From: a virus
Taxonomy: Duplodnaviria > Caudoviricetes
Virus record (IMG/VR): IMGVR_UViG_3300001335_000125
Location: 9,891-73,890 of that record
Length of the DNA: 64,000 nt
Strand: one strand, 5' to 3'
The notes under the pieces were generated by a model that searched no databases, was not told where the DNA came from, and saw nothing but the letters and a program-made list of their open reading frames with translations. Positions 29,601-39,800 of the stretch are shown piece after piece; the stretch's first letter is position 1; every line of letters starts with the position of its first letter. Position numbers and translations under genes: made by a program.

Positions 29601-32600
29601 CTTTTCATCTAAATCAGTAACCAAGTCACTATTCTCTATTTGTAACTCCATATATCTCCTATTAAGTGATTCATAATTCTCTAATGCAATGGATGCTTCT
29701 TCAGAGGTATCTCCATATTGTCTCTGTGCAATAAGATATTCATTCAATGCATTATTCACTTCATCTAGTGTCTTAACTTGATTTTCTCTATTTTGATTAA
29801 GTTTATACTCTGCTTCGTCCATATCAATATATGCAATAATAGATTTATCTAGGGATTCACTTGTACTCTTTAACCAATTTATAATTCCTTGTCCAGTCTC
29901 TAAGAATTTAGTTCTATTATCAGCAATATCCTTTTCTATTTCACCTAAACGTTTCATTGCACTAGAGTACTCTTCTGCTGATTCAACTCCCTTAACTTGC
30001 ATCTTAACAATATCCTCTGTAATTCTAACTCTCTGTACTTCTAAATTTGATATGTCTGTAAGTGTTTTTCTATAAGATACTAATTCCCTAGCTCGTTGTC
30101 TATCTAATGCAAGTTCCTCCCTTGATATTCCTATAAATTGTTTAAATGATTCAAATGCATTACCAACTGCTTTTGTTATTCCATCCCAGTTTTCCATAAT
30201 TGCAGTTAATGCAAACATTGCTGCTCCAACTCCTATACTAACTAAAGCAATCTTTAGTGCCTTTGCTGCAACAGTGGCAGCTTTCATTGAAATAGTAGAT
30301 CCTGTTATACTTAGTGTCATTCCTTGAATTCCCAAAGCTAGGGTGTTGGTTAATCCTGTACTGGTTTTAACAATTAAATTCCACACTTTCATTATCTTCC
30401 CAGAGATTTTCGTTGCTATACCATGTGTAACTGTTGCTAGAGTACTGGCTATTGTAGCGAGGGTGTGTTTTCTAGTTACTGTTGTTTGTCCTACTGTTGC
30501 TACAGTGCTCAGATTTTTATTAATTACATCTTTTGCTTGTACATTACTATGAATACTTAATGCTCCTGTCTCTGTTTGGATAGTAGAAACATTTGCTAGT
30601 CTTAGTGCTTGGTCAATTTCTGTATTTTTAAATCCAGCTCGTCTCATACGATTTGCAGTAACTTGGGATGCTATGTTATGAGTCATTGCTTCGTTCTCTA
30701 TTTCCATTGCTGCAGCAGTACCTAAATATGTTTTAATTTCTTCCTTACGTAAGGCTTGTCCAAACATTAATTGGGCGGTCTGTATCTTAGATACTGCTAT
30801 TTCTTTTATCTTAGCACCAATTAAATCTAATATTGATCTGTGTTCATTCATTGCATACATTGCTGCTACCCGGTGTGCTATAGATAATACAGTAAGTGCT
30901 CCAATAATGAAATAGATTGGACCTCTTAGTCCTTCAAATGATTCTGCAATTATAGTTAAAGGTAATGCAAATAATAAAAGACTTGAAAGGGTTCCGTGTA
31001 ATGTAGTTTTAAGTGTAGTTAGTCCGATACTTGCTGCTGCACTATCATATCCTAATTTCCTCATAGCTAATCCTGTTGCTGCTAGTGCTATAGAAAATGA
31101 GGCGAATGCAGGTACTACTGCAAATATAGATGATATAAATGGATTAATAATAACTACCAGTCCTTTGAGACCATCTCCAATAAATCCAATTCCTCCGTAG
31201 AGTGATTTCATAGATGGTACTACTTCTTGAGTAATTGTAGATGCAAACCAATGAAGAGCAGGAATAATAGCATCTCTAAGAGATAGTGCTGCTTCTTCCA
31301 TTTGATTACCCATAAGTTTAAGCTGACTATTCATAGTGGATAATTGTTTCTCTGCTATGGATTCTGTTAGTCCTCCTGTAAGTTCGAGTTGATTACGTGC
31401 TCTAGCAATAGCATCAACCTCATCTATAAGAATAAGTGCTGCTGCTGCAGTACGAGCACGGAAGAATGTTGCTGCATCGGCTGCATCAAATTGTGCAGCA
31501 CGTAACTTATAAAATATATCAGTAAGACTATTTGCATAGGGATTAATATCTGATAATGACAGTCCCATCTTATCAAGAACTTCTGTAGAGTCATCAGTTG
31601 GTTTAAGTAATTTAGTATAAATCATATTGAGACGTTGACCTGCCTGTCCTGCCTCCAATCCTCTATCATAAAGAACTCCTAAGGTTGCATTAAGTTCATT
31701 AAAGTCTTGACCTAATTCCCCAGCAATAGAACCAACATATTTATAGGACTCCACTAACTTATCAAGTGTGGCATAAGATGATGTAATAGTTCCCATAAAC
31801 GAATCTACAAGTGCTTCTGTATCTTCTGTTTGTAGACCAAATTGCTTCATTGCTTTAGTTACAGCTTGGAATGCAGTATCTAATTCAGAGTTAGTTGCTG
31901 CTGCATAATTAATAATTGGTATTAAATCTTCAAAATCTTTCTTAACAACATCTATACCAGCCGATGCTAAGTTATATAATGCTGATGCTGCAATATTTGC
32001 ACTATATCTGGTTTTCTCTCCTATTTCACTAGAGAGATTCATGATAGATTTTACTGCATCATCAAAAGATGCTCCGAGATAACCAGCCACCGAAGCAGTC
32101 TCATATGCAGATTTCTCAAAATCTATAATGGCAGATATCATACTTGAGAATGCTTGACGAACTGTCATAACTAATTGAACACCAATACTGAATGTTATGT
32201 AGTGAATTATCTTCTGTGCCATAGATGAAAAGTCTAATAGACCCATAATACCCATCTTATGTGCATCTCTAATATTTATCATAGATTTTACTGTTCCATC
32301 TGCCATCATCTTTAGATTTTGTTCGTAGGCTATTCTTGCATCAGTTGAACCAGCAACAAATTCATTAAATGATTTCTTATAAAAACCTACCTGTTGCTCT
32401 ACATTTTTAGCGGATGGTGCTCCAGAAGGAGTCTCTCCTTTAGCCCCGCCTGCGGGTTGTGTTTGTACCTTTACAGGAGTTCCTAGAGTTTCTTGCATCT
32501 TAGTCTTAAGTTTACCTAATTCACCAGCAAAGTGAGCTTCATCAAAGTGTAGTTTAATTGGTGGTATATTCTCTACCATCTTTTTAAGATCTGATACAGC

Positions 32601-33626
32601 TGGTTTCTGGGTCTCTTTTGTTGCTTTGGTTGTTTTTGGTGTTGCATCTATCTCAGTTGCTGGTTTGATATTAAGATTTTGTAAAGCTTGTTGTTGAGCA
32701 CCTGCAGTGCCCTGAGCCAATTGTGTGATAGTGTCATATGTTTGTCTTGCAAATCCTAAGATGTTTTTATAGACTTTATCAGCAGTGGATTGAATTTGTA
32801 ATAGAGCTTGTTGTTGTGGGGATGTAGTTTCTTTCGTTGTCTTTTCTGTAGTTTTTGATTTTTCCTTAGTTGACTTATTAGTGGTCTTTTGATCTTTATC
32901 CTTTAGAGTTTCAATTTCTTTTAATCTTTGTCTCAAATATTTAGTATCATAGTCCTTTGATAATTCTTTGGATATTCCTGGAGCCTTTCCTAAAGTAACC
33001 TCCTTAGCCATCATTTCTTGTTTTAGCTGAACACCATCTTTTATAAGTCTATTCATTTCTTGTTGTTGTTTCTCTGTGTATTTTAGTTCTCCATCTTTTC
33101 CTTTCTTAATTTTATTAAATAAATCCTTTTGGGCTTTTTCATTTGTATTAATATCTTTTTGTAATTCTTTTTTTGTTCTTGGACTCTCTAACCACTTTAA
33201 TTTTAATTGTTTATCATTATACTCTTCATTAAGTGCACTCATCTCAGATTGACTAGATTTGATTTGAGAGAGTTGTTTTTTGGAATTTCTTTTAGATGTC
33301 TTTAGTGCTTTATCACCAGCACTAGCTAATTTAGTATCGGATATTTTAGCAAGTTGTTCCATAGATGTTGATACAGAATCAACTACTGACTGTGCTTGGG
33401 TTGCTATAGATTTTAGAGCCTTATTTATATTTATCGATGCATCATTAATAGATTGTGTGAGGGTATTTAGAGAACCCTTGAAATCTCCACCAGCTATATC
33501 TATCTTTAAAGACTTACTTAGTGATTTTTGTATTTCACCTTTTATCTCTTCTAAATCCGATTTAAGTAAATCTTTGTGGGCTCGAAATTGAACCGAAATG
33601 CTACCGACATTCATATCATTTGCCAT
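26607..33626 (-). CDS. tail tape measure protein (TP901/PhageMin_tail core)
   Basis: about 2340 aa, helical; LASAG..YAAAT..GLEAGQAGQRL core; duplicated GEDGAEAVIPLE/GEAGAEAIIPLE; ATG 33626 with GGAG RBS. Confidence 0.92.
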   Translation of the reverse strand: MANDMNVGSISVQFRAHKDLLKSDLEEIKGEIQKSLSKSLKIDIAGGDFKGSLNTLTQSINDASININKALKSIATQAQSVVDSVSTSMEQLAKISDTKLASAGDKALKTSKRNSKKQLSQIKSSQSEMSALNEEYNDKQLKLKWLESPRTKKELQKDINTNEKAQKDLFNKIKKGKDGELKYTEKQQQEMNRLIKDGVQLKQEMMAKEVTLGKAPGISKELSKDYDTKYLRQRLKEIETLKDKDQKTTNKSTKEKSKTTEKTTKETTSPQQQALLQIQSTADKVYKNILGFARQTYDTITQLAQGTAGAQQQALQNLNIKPATEIDATPKTTKATKETQKPAVSDLKKMVENIPPIKLHFDEAHFAGELGKLKTKMQETLGTPVKVQTQPAGGAKGETPSGAPSAKNVEQQVGFYKKSFNEFVAGSTDARIAYEQNLKMMADGTVKSMINIRDAHKMGIMGLLDFSSMAQKIIHYITFSIGVQLVMTVRQAFSSMISAIIDFEKSAYETASVAGYLGASFDDAVKSIMNLSSEIGEKTRYSANIAASALYNLASAGIDVVKKDFEDLIPIINYAAATNSELDTAFQAVTKAMKQFGLQTEDTEALVDSFMGTITSSYATLDKLVESYKYVGSIAGELGQDFNELNATLGVLYDRGLEAGQAGQRLNMIYTKLLKPTDDSTEVLDKMGLSLSDINPYANSLTDIFYKLRAAQFDAADAATFFRARTAAAALILIDEVDAIARARNQLELTGGLTESIAEKQLSTMNSQLKLMGNQMEEAALSLRDAIIPALHWFASTITQEVVPSMKSLYGGIGFIGDGLKGLVVIINPFISSIFAVVPAFASFSIALAATGLAMRKLGYDSAAASIGLTTLKTTLHGTLSSLLLFALPLTIIAESFEGLRGPIYFIIGALTVLSIAHRVAAMYAMNEHRSILDLIGAKIKEIAVSKIQTAQLMFGQALRKEEIKTYLGTAAAMEIENEAMTHNIASQVTANRMRRAGFKNTEIDQALRLANVSTIQTETGALSIHSNVQAKDVINKNLSTVATVGQTTVTRKHTLATIASTLATVTHGIATKISGKIMKVWNLIVKTSTGLTNTLALGIQGMTLSITGSTISMKAATVAAKALKIALVSIGVGAAMFALTAIMENWDGITKAVGNAFESFKQFIGISREELALDRQRARELVSYRKTLTDISNLEVQRVRITEDIVKMQVKGVESAEEYSSAMKRLGEIEKDIADNRTKFLETGQGIINWLKSTSESLDKSIIAYIDMDEAEYKLNQNRENQVKTLDEVNNALNEYLIAQRQYGDTSEEASIALENYESLNRRYMELQIENSDLVTDLDEKTKTYTTSMSDLSSVEKKRLNVAQDIYETNQLIISQQEELAELRARHAHLLNVEANWTEMFEANTKDLWEQMLKLLEAEEKLYKLRQEQPKRLDELFQALAEYGLVNDEIIDGYKEMKIAEAELFKSRIAYFNVMDDLSENERKRVEEAQEYYKELRDEGVDAATAFDIAFGSLNIPSLDSSELHILADFAEKEYMFEVNTDAFEGIVEPIVEAMEAFETLPEKIMAAWTDVESLPLEINVELLVKEDIEDELKSTYTDLVPLFTSLWDIHAPTLEFPGFLPPDLSSIEDLNIQNVVSNLIGDELELTPELLINLGVEGDTDAISTLQILDNVIDSWSQNGLQDAQIIDLVVYGAEEVWDTNLALRNLRANIPEVNSVISMYASNLDFLNTMYGEGKDQVEDFTAQQIIAATLITTAASRFGVDIKKGMSLENILALPDMSNLGTLDDVLSSVGTNLSDIRDTTGLDEVATKIGTLTESLGGEDGLISKLDELITLLSQEYGFDLSASEAIGTIEDINAELETSLSEAGFPTADNPQLAKFFKPGLLGNVYDWITNTHTFTFDTSAAITASDNAKKSLEDLWDEIDKLPAEERTKVILEIETYFNNKASSTPSFWDNLQQSFADIFPGLFGHIQYGDENYIPKAKGGITTSPQQAIIGEDGAEAVIPLEGSNRKYGKNILQQIIPRYFPDLAMMAEGGVVGIGDNGETGLNKSTLFDDMLSTLKDIYTILKDNIEGILTGISGGEIGEEPVYTPRMGISVPVTSTTTEEGGTGALGASADIRQGGKVVNVNIYVDANDFNNAILSFIQGSTDAVSMMSGTLSEASSAFKGLVDSAGIEFYSNTSSVSTSISDSGTFLATSAKVGGILLFQKVISAADTFAKKVRNIRVSVTVRQNAQGGIYSSPTLGMFGEAGAEAIIPLEGSNRKYGEQLLKHIIPEYYPDLMFQQGALFTGGGQQQIANEENYNENYNVLGPVYVQANNTEELAKSLKYKYRSSSR

Positions 33627-33687
33627 GGTTTGCTCCAATTTCTAATTTTGCATTTAAAGGGGTCATACGTGCGATCTGACGAGGGTA

Positions 33688-33711
33688 CCCCTTACCCCTT
33701 ACCCTTACCCC
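33688..33711 (-). other. G-quadruplex-type tract GGGG-TAA-GGG-TAA-GGGG-TAA-GGGG
   Basis: read directly from the sequence, about 60 nt upstream of the tape measure start. Confidence 0.7.
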
Positions 33712-33727
33712 TCGGAAAGTATTACTT

Positions 33728-33770
33728 TCGATTCTAGGGTCGTTTCCGTGGATCCTCGTGCATAATTTCG
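33728..33770 (-). repeat. 43-bp GC-rich intergenic repeat, copy 2 (inverted relative to copy 1)
   Basis: CGAAATTATGCACGAGGATCCACGGAAACGACCCTAGAATCGA on the minus strand. Confidence 0.85.
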
Positions 33771-33826
33771 AAGGGGTCTTGATACTTTTCACAGAATTTA
33801 AGAAAAATGAGGAAATAGGGGTAATT

Positions 33827-34144
33827 TTATCCATTTTCGTATATAATATTTATAGCTTTACGTTGGATAATATTTTTGTATCCATAAGACCCACCAAGAT
33901 TATGCATTCCCTTCCAGACAACTACATACAAACCTAATGGATCTGTAGATGCTGTTTCAAAGTAATATGAATATTCACCAGTACCATCCCTAGTTGTGGA
34001 TGCATCCTGTACTAGATAAGTACCATCAGGTTTAATAACATCTACAAAAGCTTTGTTACCAGAGGGATCTGTGAGTACATCGTCCATCTTAAAATCAACA
34101 TTAGTCTTAATTGTATTTTGTCTCTCAAAATTTTCTAGTGTCAT
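33827..34144 (-). CDS. hypothetical virion protein (Ig-like or adaptor-like)
   Basis: DPSG..VIKPDGT..RDGTGEYSYYF..GLYVVVW pattern. Confidence 0.55.
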   Translation of the reverse strand: MTLENFERQNTIKTNVDFKMDDVLTDPSGNKAFVDVIKPDGTYLVQDASTTRDGTGEYSYYFETASTDPLGLYVVVWKGMHNLGGSYGYKNIIQRKAINIIYENG

Positions 34145-34182
34145 ATTGATTTATTTCCTTTATAATACATAGATAACATATT

Positions 34183-35958
34183 CTAATCAGCAGCATCAAA
34201 TATATCAGTTATCGTAAATAAATTAGAGTTAGTTATAGAAATACCATACAAATTAGAATTTGATATAGATATGCTATATAAATTATAGAAGTAGGACTTG
34301 CAATAATCAATCCATATCTTTCTAAATAACCACACATCAAATAGATTAGATATCTCCGTAGAACCAGAAGATTGCAATACAGTATCTATATTTAACGACT
34401 TAGATAGTTTAAATAAGATGTATGTATCAAATAGAGAACTTGTAGTTACTTCTCCATATGTCAGAAAGATATCAAAGAGATACGTTGAGGTTATTCCTAT
34501 TTTTTGTAGAATAGCATCTAATAAAAGTGTCTTTTGTTTTGTTGGGGATGTTATTATAGTATCTATAGATAGTGTATTGGAGTTTACCAGTGATAGAATA
34601 GTATCTATTAGTTCAGTCTTTTCTATAGATAAAGTAGATGATATCAAATCTATTTGTTGAGTAACTGTCATTGCTGGATGTTGTGCTATTAAATCAAATA
34701 TATATTGCTTTGGTATATTTATTTTGGATGTAAGAGTATCGAATAGATAATCCAAAGATATTGTTTGACTAAGTATAGTATTATATTCTTCCGTTTCATA
34801 TAGAGTTTGCTCTAATATAGTATCTATTAACTCTTGATTTGACTGTAATTTCTCTAAGATGGTATCTATAGATAAAGTCTGTTCTTGGAGAAGAGTAATA
34901 AAGGTATCAAATAACATTATTACTGACACTTCTGCACCAGAAAGAATGGTATCTAATGTTAAATGTTTAGTATTTATTCCTTCTAAGATGATATCCGACA
35001 AAATATCAATGGTTGGTATAGTTCCACTTGTAAGATAAATATCAAATAAATGTGTGATAATTAAATCTTGTTGAAGTATTGCGTCTATAAATTGAGATTT
35101 AATAGATGAGTGTAATAAAAGAGTATCAAATTGATATTTATTAATTATGGCTCTTTCAAGAATGATATTAAAAAGGTAATGTGTTGATATTGGTTTTTTA
35201 AGAATAGTGTCAAATAATTGCTCTTGAGTTATATCTAATCTTGCTAAGATAGTATCTATTGATTGATTTTGGATAGATATTGCATCTAGAATTGTATCTA
35301 TAAACATATTAATTTCTGGTGAACCAATTAATTGAAGATATGTATCAAACAATAATCCACTAGATTTGTATCCTTCTAATAAGGTATCTATTTGTTGTTC
35401 TGACATACCTAGTCTAGATAGGATGGTATCTATATTCATATCACTCGAGAGAGTTATAGATAGAATTATATCTATTAAATAATATGAAGCAAGTTGTTTT
35501 TCCAATAGAGCATCAAAATATTGTTGTTCTAGATTTGACCTTGATAGAAATGTATTTATATTTATATCAGTAGTATTAATAAGTTTTTCTAAGATAGTAT
35601 CTAGATATAATTTCTTATCTACTCCAAACTTTTCTAGGAGGGTATCTATTTGCATATCTGATTTAGCATATTCATTAGATATAATAGTGTCGAATAAAGT
35701 ATCTACTTCGCTATCTACATATTCTGTTATTATATCAAAAAGTATTTCTTTGGATTCTCTATCAGATTCAAGAATAGTATCTATAAGATTGCTTACCTCT
35801 ATTTCTCCACCTTTAAGAAATGTATCTATAGATATTTGATTTGTTTGTATCCCTTCTAAGATTGTATCTACAAGAATTCTCTTAAATAATTTATTAAAGT
35901 AAGAATAATTAAATCTTGCTTCAGAAAAGATAGCACTTTTATAGTTATCTTCTGGCAT
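34183..35958 (-). CDS. repeat protein with about 35 degenerate 15-17 aa (I/F)DT(I/L)L repeats
   Basis: periodic IDTILE/FDTLL motif along the whole ORF. Confidence 0.75.
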   Translation of the reverse strand: MPEDNYKSAIFSEARFNYSYFNKLFKRILVDTILEGIQTNQISIDTFLKGGEIEVSNLIDTILESDRESKEILFDIITEYVDSEVDTLFDTIISNEYAKSDMQIDTLLEKFGVDKKLYLDTILEKLINTTDININTFLSRSNLEQQYFDALLEKQLASYYLIDIILSITLSSDMNIDTILSRLGMSEQQIDTLLEGYKSSGLLFDTYLQLIGSPEINMFIDTILDAISIQNQSIDTILARLDITQEQLFDTILKKPISTHYLFNIILERAIINKYQFDTLLLHSSIKSQFIDAILQQDLIITHLFDIYLTSGTIPTIDILSDIILEGINTKHLTLDTILSGAEVSVIMLFDTFITLLQEQTLSIDTILEKLQSNQELIDTILEQTLYETEEYNTILSQTISLDYLFDTLTSKINIPKQYIFDLIAQHPAMTVTQQIDLISSTLSIEKTELIDTILSLVNSNTLSIDTIITSPTKQKTLLLDAILQKIGITSTYLFDIFLTYGEVTTSSLFDTYILFKLSKSLNIDTVLQSSGSTEISNLFDVWLFRKIWIDYCKSYFYNLYSISISNSNLYGISITNSNLFTITDIFDAAD

Positions 35959-36546
35959 CTAACAACACTTACTCCTTAATCTTACTTCATTACCATAATT
36001 AGTTTGGCTCATATAGAGTTCATTCCCATAGTTAGTTGAACTAATAGATATTTCTCCTGGACTATTACAATCTTCTTCTATTGGGTTGTAACTTACCTCT
36101 ATTTGAACCATAGAGCACTCTACATTATCTCCTGAAATCACCGAACTTATAACAACATCCAAATTGCTTATATCTGTCCATTCCCAACATCCTTCACCAG
36201 GTCCACTACTATCTTGTGTTATATCGTATACAGTTGTCCAAGCACCGGTTTCGGAAGTAGCAATGTATGGAGATGAAATTATACCCAGATTTGAACCATC
36301 AAAATATGGTCTAAATGTAACTCTTCCAGGAATAAAGAAATATCTTAGGTAAGCTCTTATTCCAACAGTCAATATGTCTCCAATTTGACTATCATAATTG
36401 TTACCTATCAATGTTTCCATATTTCCGTTTGTATTGGAAACTGCATGGTTACCTAAGTCTCCATCTACCATCCTTGAATAAGAAGTCCAATGACTTTTAC
36501 TTGAAGGATCTAAAGACGTATAATGTAAATATAAATTCTCAGTCAT
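35959..36546 (-). CDS. hypothetical virion protein
   Basis: beta-rich ORF abutting its neighbours. Confidence 0.5.
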   Translation of the reverse strand: MTENLYLHYTSLDPSSKSHWTSYSRMVDGDLGNHAVSNTNGNMETLIGNNYDSQIGDILTVGIRAYLRYFFIPGRVTFRPYFDGSNLGIISSPYIATSETGAWTTVYDITQDSSGPGEGCWEWTDISNLDVVISSVISGDNVECSMVQIEVSYNPIEEDCNSPGEISISSTNYGNELYMSQTNYGNEVRLRSKCC

Positions 36547-36548
36547 AT

Positions 36549-36893
36549 TTAATCACCTAGATTCATATCACTTTTAGAAAGACAATACATTATTAACCCA
36601 TTAGTACTAGCAAGATAAGATAGATAATTCAATTTAATTAATATTGGAGTATCTTTGAGTTCTTCTCTCTTTTCATCACAAAGATATGCTTTGCATCCAA
36701 GACATTTAGTTGTGCATCCAGTATTAGAGTGATATTTACATTCTACTCCACCTGGATAACAACATTTATAATTGTAAGGACAATCCTTACATATTTCACT
36801 CTCTTTGAATAACTTATCTAATTCTTCATAGAGAAAATCATATAAGAAAGATTTTTGTTCGTTAGTTAGATTCATATGATGAATATACACCAA
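36549..36893 (-). CDS. Cys-rich small protein (putative metal binding)
   Basis: CKDC..CC..C..C..C..C..C cluster. Confidence 0.5.
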   Translation of the reverse strand: MVYIHHMNLTNEQKSFLYDFLYEELDKLFKESEICKDCPYNYKCCYPGGVECKYHSNTGCTTKCLGCKAYLCDEKREELKDTPILIKLNYLSYLASTNGLIMYCLSKSDMNLGD

Positions 36894-39800
36894 CCTGTAT
36901 CATAGCTGTTCCATATCTATATCCCGCTCCCATCTCAGGAGTAGTAGTGTTACCAGAGTACATAAATCTTATTTCTATATAATCACCAGCATCCGATGAT
37001 GCTAATGGATTTCCTTGTTGTAATGTTGCTGAAGATGTTTTATAGATTGTATCTGCTCCATATAAAGGAAGTGATGATCCTGCTAAAACTTCTACATATA
37101 AATCACCTATGCCCGTTCCACCAGATCCACATGCATTTGCTTGGTATATATACGCCTTCTTTCCAGTTGGACACTTAAACCTACCTAAATTAATATTCTG
37201 ATTTGCAGATAACATAATATTAGCAATAGAATAAGTCATTGGAGCAATTCCCCTAAATACTTGAGATGAAATTCCATTACTACTAGATACTCCATAAGTA
37301 TATAAAGTTCTCCATCTTTTAGATAATGACCCCAAGTCATCTGTATTATCAGTATCCGATATAATGCTTGTATTTATTGATACCGTTCCTAAATTATTCA
37401 GATTATTTGTAGCCACACCTAAATCTAATATAACTTCTGAACAACTTCTACCTTCAATAGTATTTGAATCTGTAAACTTAGCAAAGTCACTTTTTACTGG
37501 AGTTCCAGAAGTATCTACAGTACCTGTATTTGTAGTCCAACCAGAATCATTATTAAAATCTGATAATGTCCACTCACTAACTAACTTTCTCTTTTGTACA
37601 CCATTATCTAAATATACTATTTCATCTTCTGAACCAACTATATCACTAGTTCCGTCTGTTAATTCTGTCAAATCTACATTAAATGTAGTTCCATCTAAAT
37701 CTAATAAAGAACCTGCAGTATAAGTAGTATTTGTATAATTACCAGTATGAATATTAGTATCACCTTGATCTACTGTCCAGTCTATATGTTTATTTGATTG
37801 TCCGGAATGTCCCCAAAATGCCACATTCAAATTATGACCAACGGATTGACCAACAGATGATGGATATGCAAGATAACTACCAGATACAGAATTAGTCCAG
37901 TTATATGCTGATTTTGTTTGAGATGATATTATTGTATAACCAGCAACATCCAATGAAACTCCGGTAGAACCACTAACACCAATAGAGCCTTCAAATGCTT
38001 CAAATCCAGTTCCAGCAGTTAGAGTAGTCCAATTAGTTGGAGTATCAGATATTGCATTAATATCTGTTCTTAAGTTACTAGAAATACTATCAAGAAGAGA
38101 ACGATTAATATTACTACTTCCTGCATAATTGTCATTTAAATCTGCTATTGCTGCTGTAGATACATCACTCCAAGCAACCTCATGGGGGTTATTTGTATTA
38201 CTACTATGACCAACATATTCAAGATATTGATTATGTCCTAATGAAGAAGGATAGTATTCAGAACCATCTAAAACATCCTGTTTACCATCTATTTTACTAT
38301 CTAAATTAGTTGATATCTGATAAAGATTAACCCCTGACGCTGAATACCAATTCCAAATAGACTGCCCAGATGTTTTTAAGAAGAAGTTACTAGATACTGT
38401 ATCTCCTGTTAATCCACCTACTGCACCAATCTTTGTATCTAATGCACCAGATACAATTTGAATATAGTCATATATTTGGTCTGCTGTTGATAGATGGGTA
38501 GTATCTCCTGCATTTGGTGTAGCGGTATCTACTGCAATAGTTGCTGCACCACCAAATACTTGTCTATCTGAAGTTACGGTTATTGGTGCTGTTGCAGATA
38601 ATGTTCCTTTACTTTCACCAATATCCGTTAAATCAATACTATGAGGATTTCCAGTTGTAGTATCAGCATGTGTTTTTCCTGATTTTGCATTAGATGATAT
38701 AGTTGTTCCACCAAGTGCAACTTCTACATCACTTGTAGAATCGTATTTGGCATCTAATTTAGTCTTAAGCTGTGCAGACGCAGCATAATCTGTAACACTT
38801 ATTTCATTAGTGGAGAATGTGATTCCTAATCCAGCAGTTGCATTAGTTTCAGTTAAATCTAATTTATCAGCAGTTATTTGTTGATCATTTATAGATATAT
38901 ATGACTCACCAGTTAAAGTGACCCTTGGATGTGCTAATGCTCCAGATGCTGATAACTTATTACTCGAATTAAGATACCAATTATATACTGTACCAAAATT
39001 ATCACTAGATGCATACCAATTTGATAACTTCTGAGATGAGTTATCATACCAAGTATCTAATATATTAACCATACTAGATACTGTGATATATCCGGTTGCA
39101 CCAGACCATCACCATGAGAATGAGTTGCTAATGCAAATACTCCAGTTGATGCTGATATATAAGCACTATGATACTTTGAACCAGATATTAATAGATGTTG
39201 TTGAGCTAGAGTTCCAGAAATGTTATGAATACTTAAATTGTTTTTATGTGATTGGAAAGCTCCAGAGCCTGCATAGTCATCATCAATAGATGATTTTGTA
39301 AAATGAATAGAGGAGTCTCCTATGTGAGAAGTGACTGAGTCACTTAAGGAATTTCCTAATGAAGATGTAAATCATCTTTAGCACCAGTTTCAACATCTGC
39401 CCAAACTACATTATGTGGATTATCTTCATTTATTATATGACTATGAAATGCTCCCGAGTTAGCATAATTATCATTGAGAGCAGAAGTTAAATCATCTTCA
39501 CTAGAATATGTTTCTGAGTAGAGTGCTATAGATGCACTAGCATATGCATTAGATAACTTAGATGAAGAGTTTGAATACCAATTTAGTAAAGTATTTACAT
39601 TACTTGATACTGATATATATTCCGATGCTCCTGACCATAATCCGAATTCATCGTGAGAATGGGTAGACAAAGCAAATACTCCTGTAGATGTTGATATGTA
39701 TGCTTTTGAGTATTTATTAGATGAATTACTATACCATATATTTAATGCATGAACTAATGATGAAACTGGATAAAACTCAGATGCTCCTGACCATGCTACA

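Noticed and set aside
33616-33834. 72-aa minus-strand ORF upstream of the tape measure gene
   Set aside because: Its sequence is the translation of the GC-rich repeat and G-tracts (RGVRVRGKG). Composition is unlike the other genes and the same motif at 16.8 kb has no start codon, so it is treated as non-coding.
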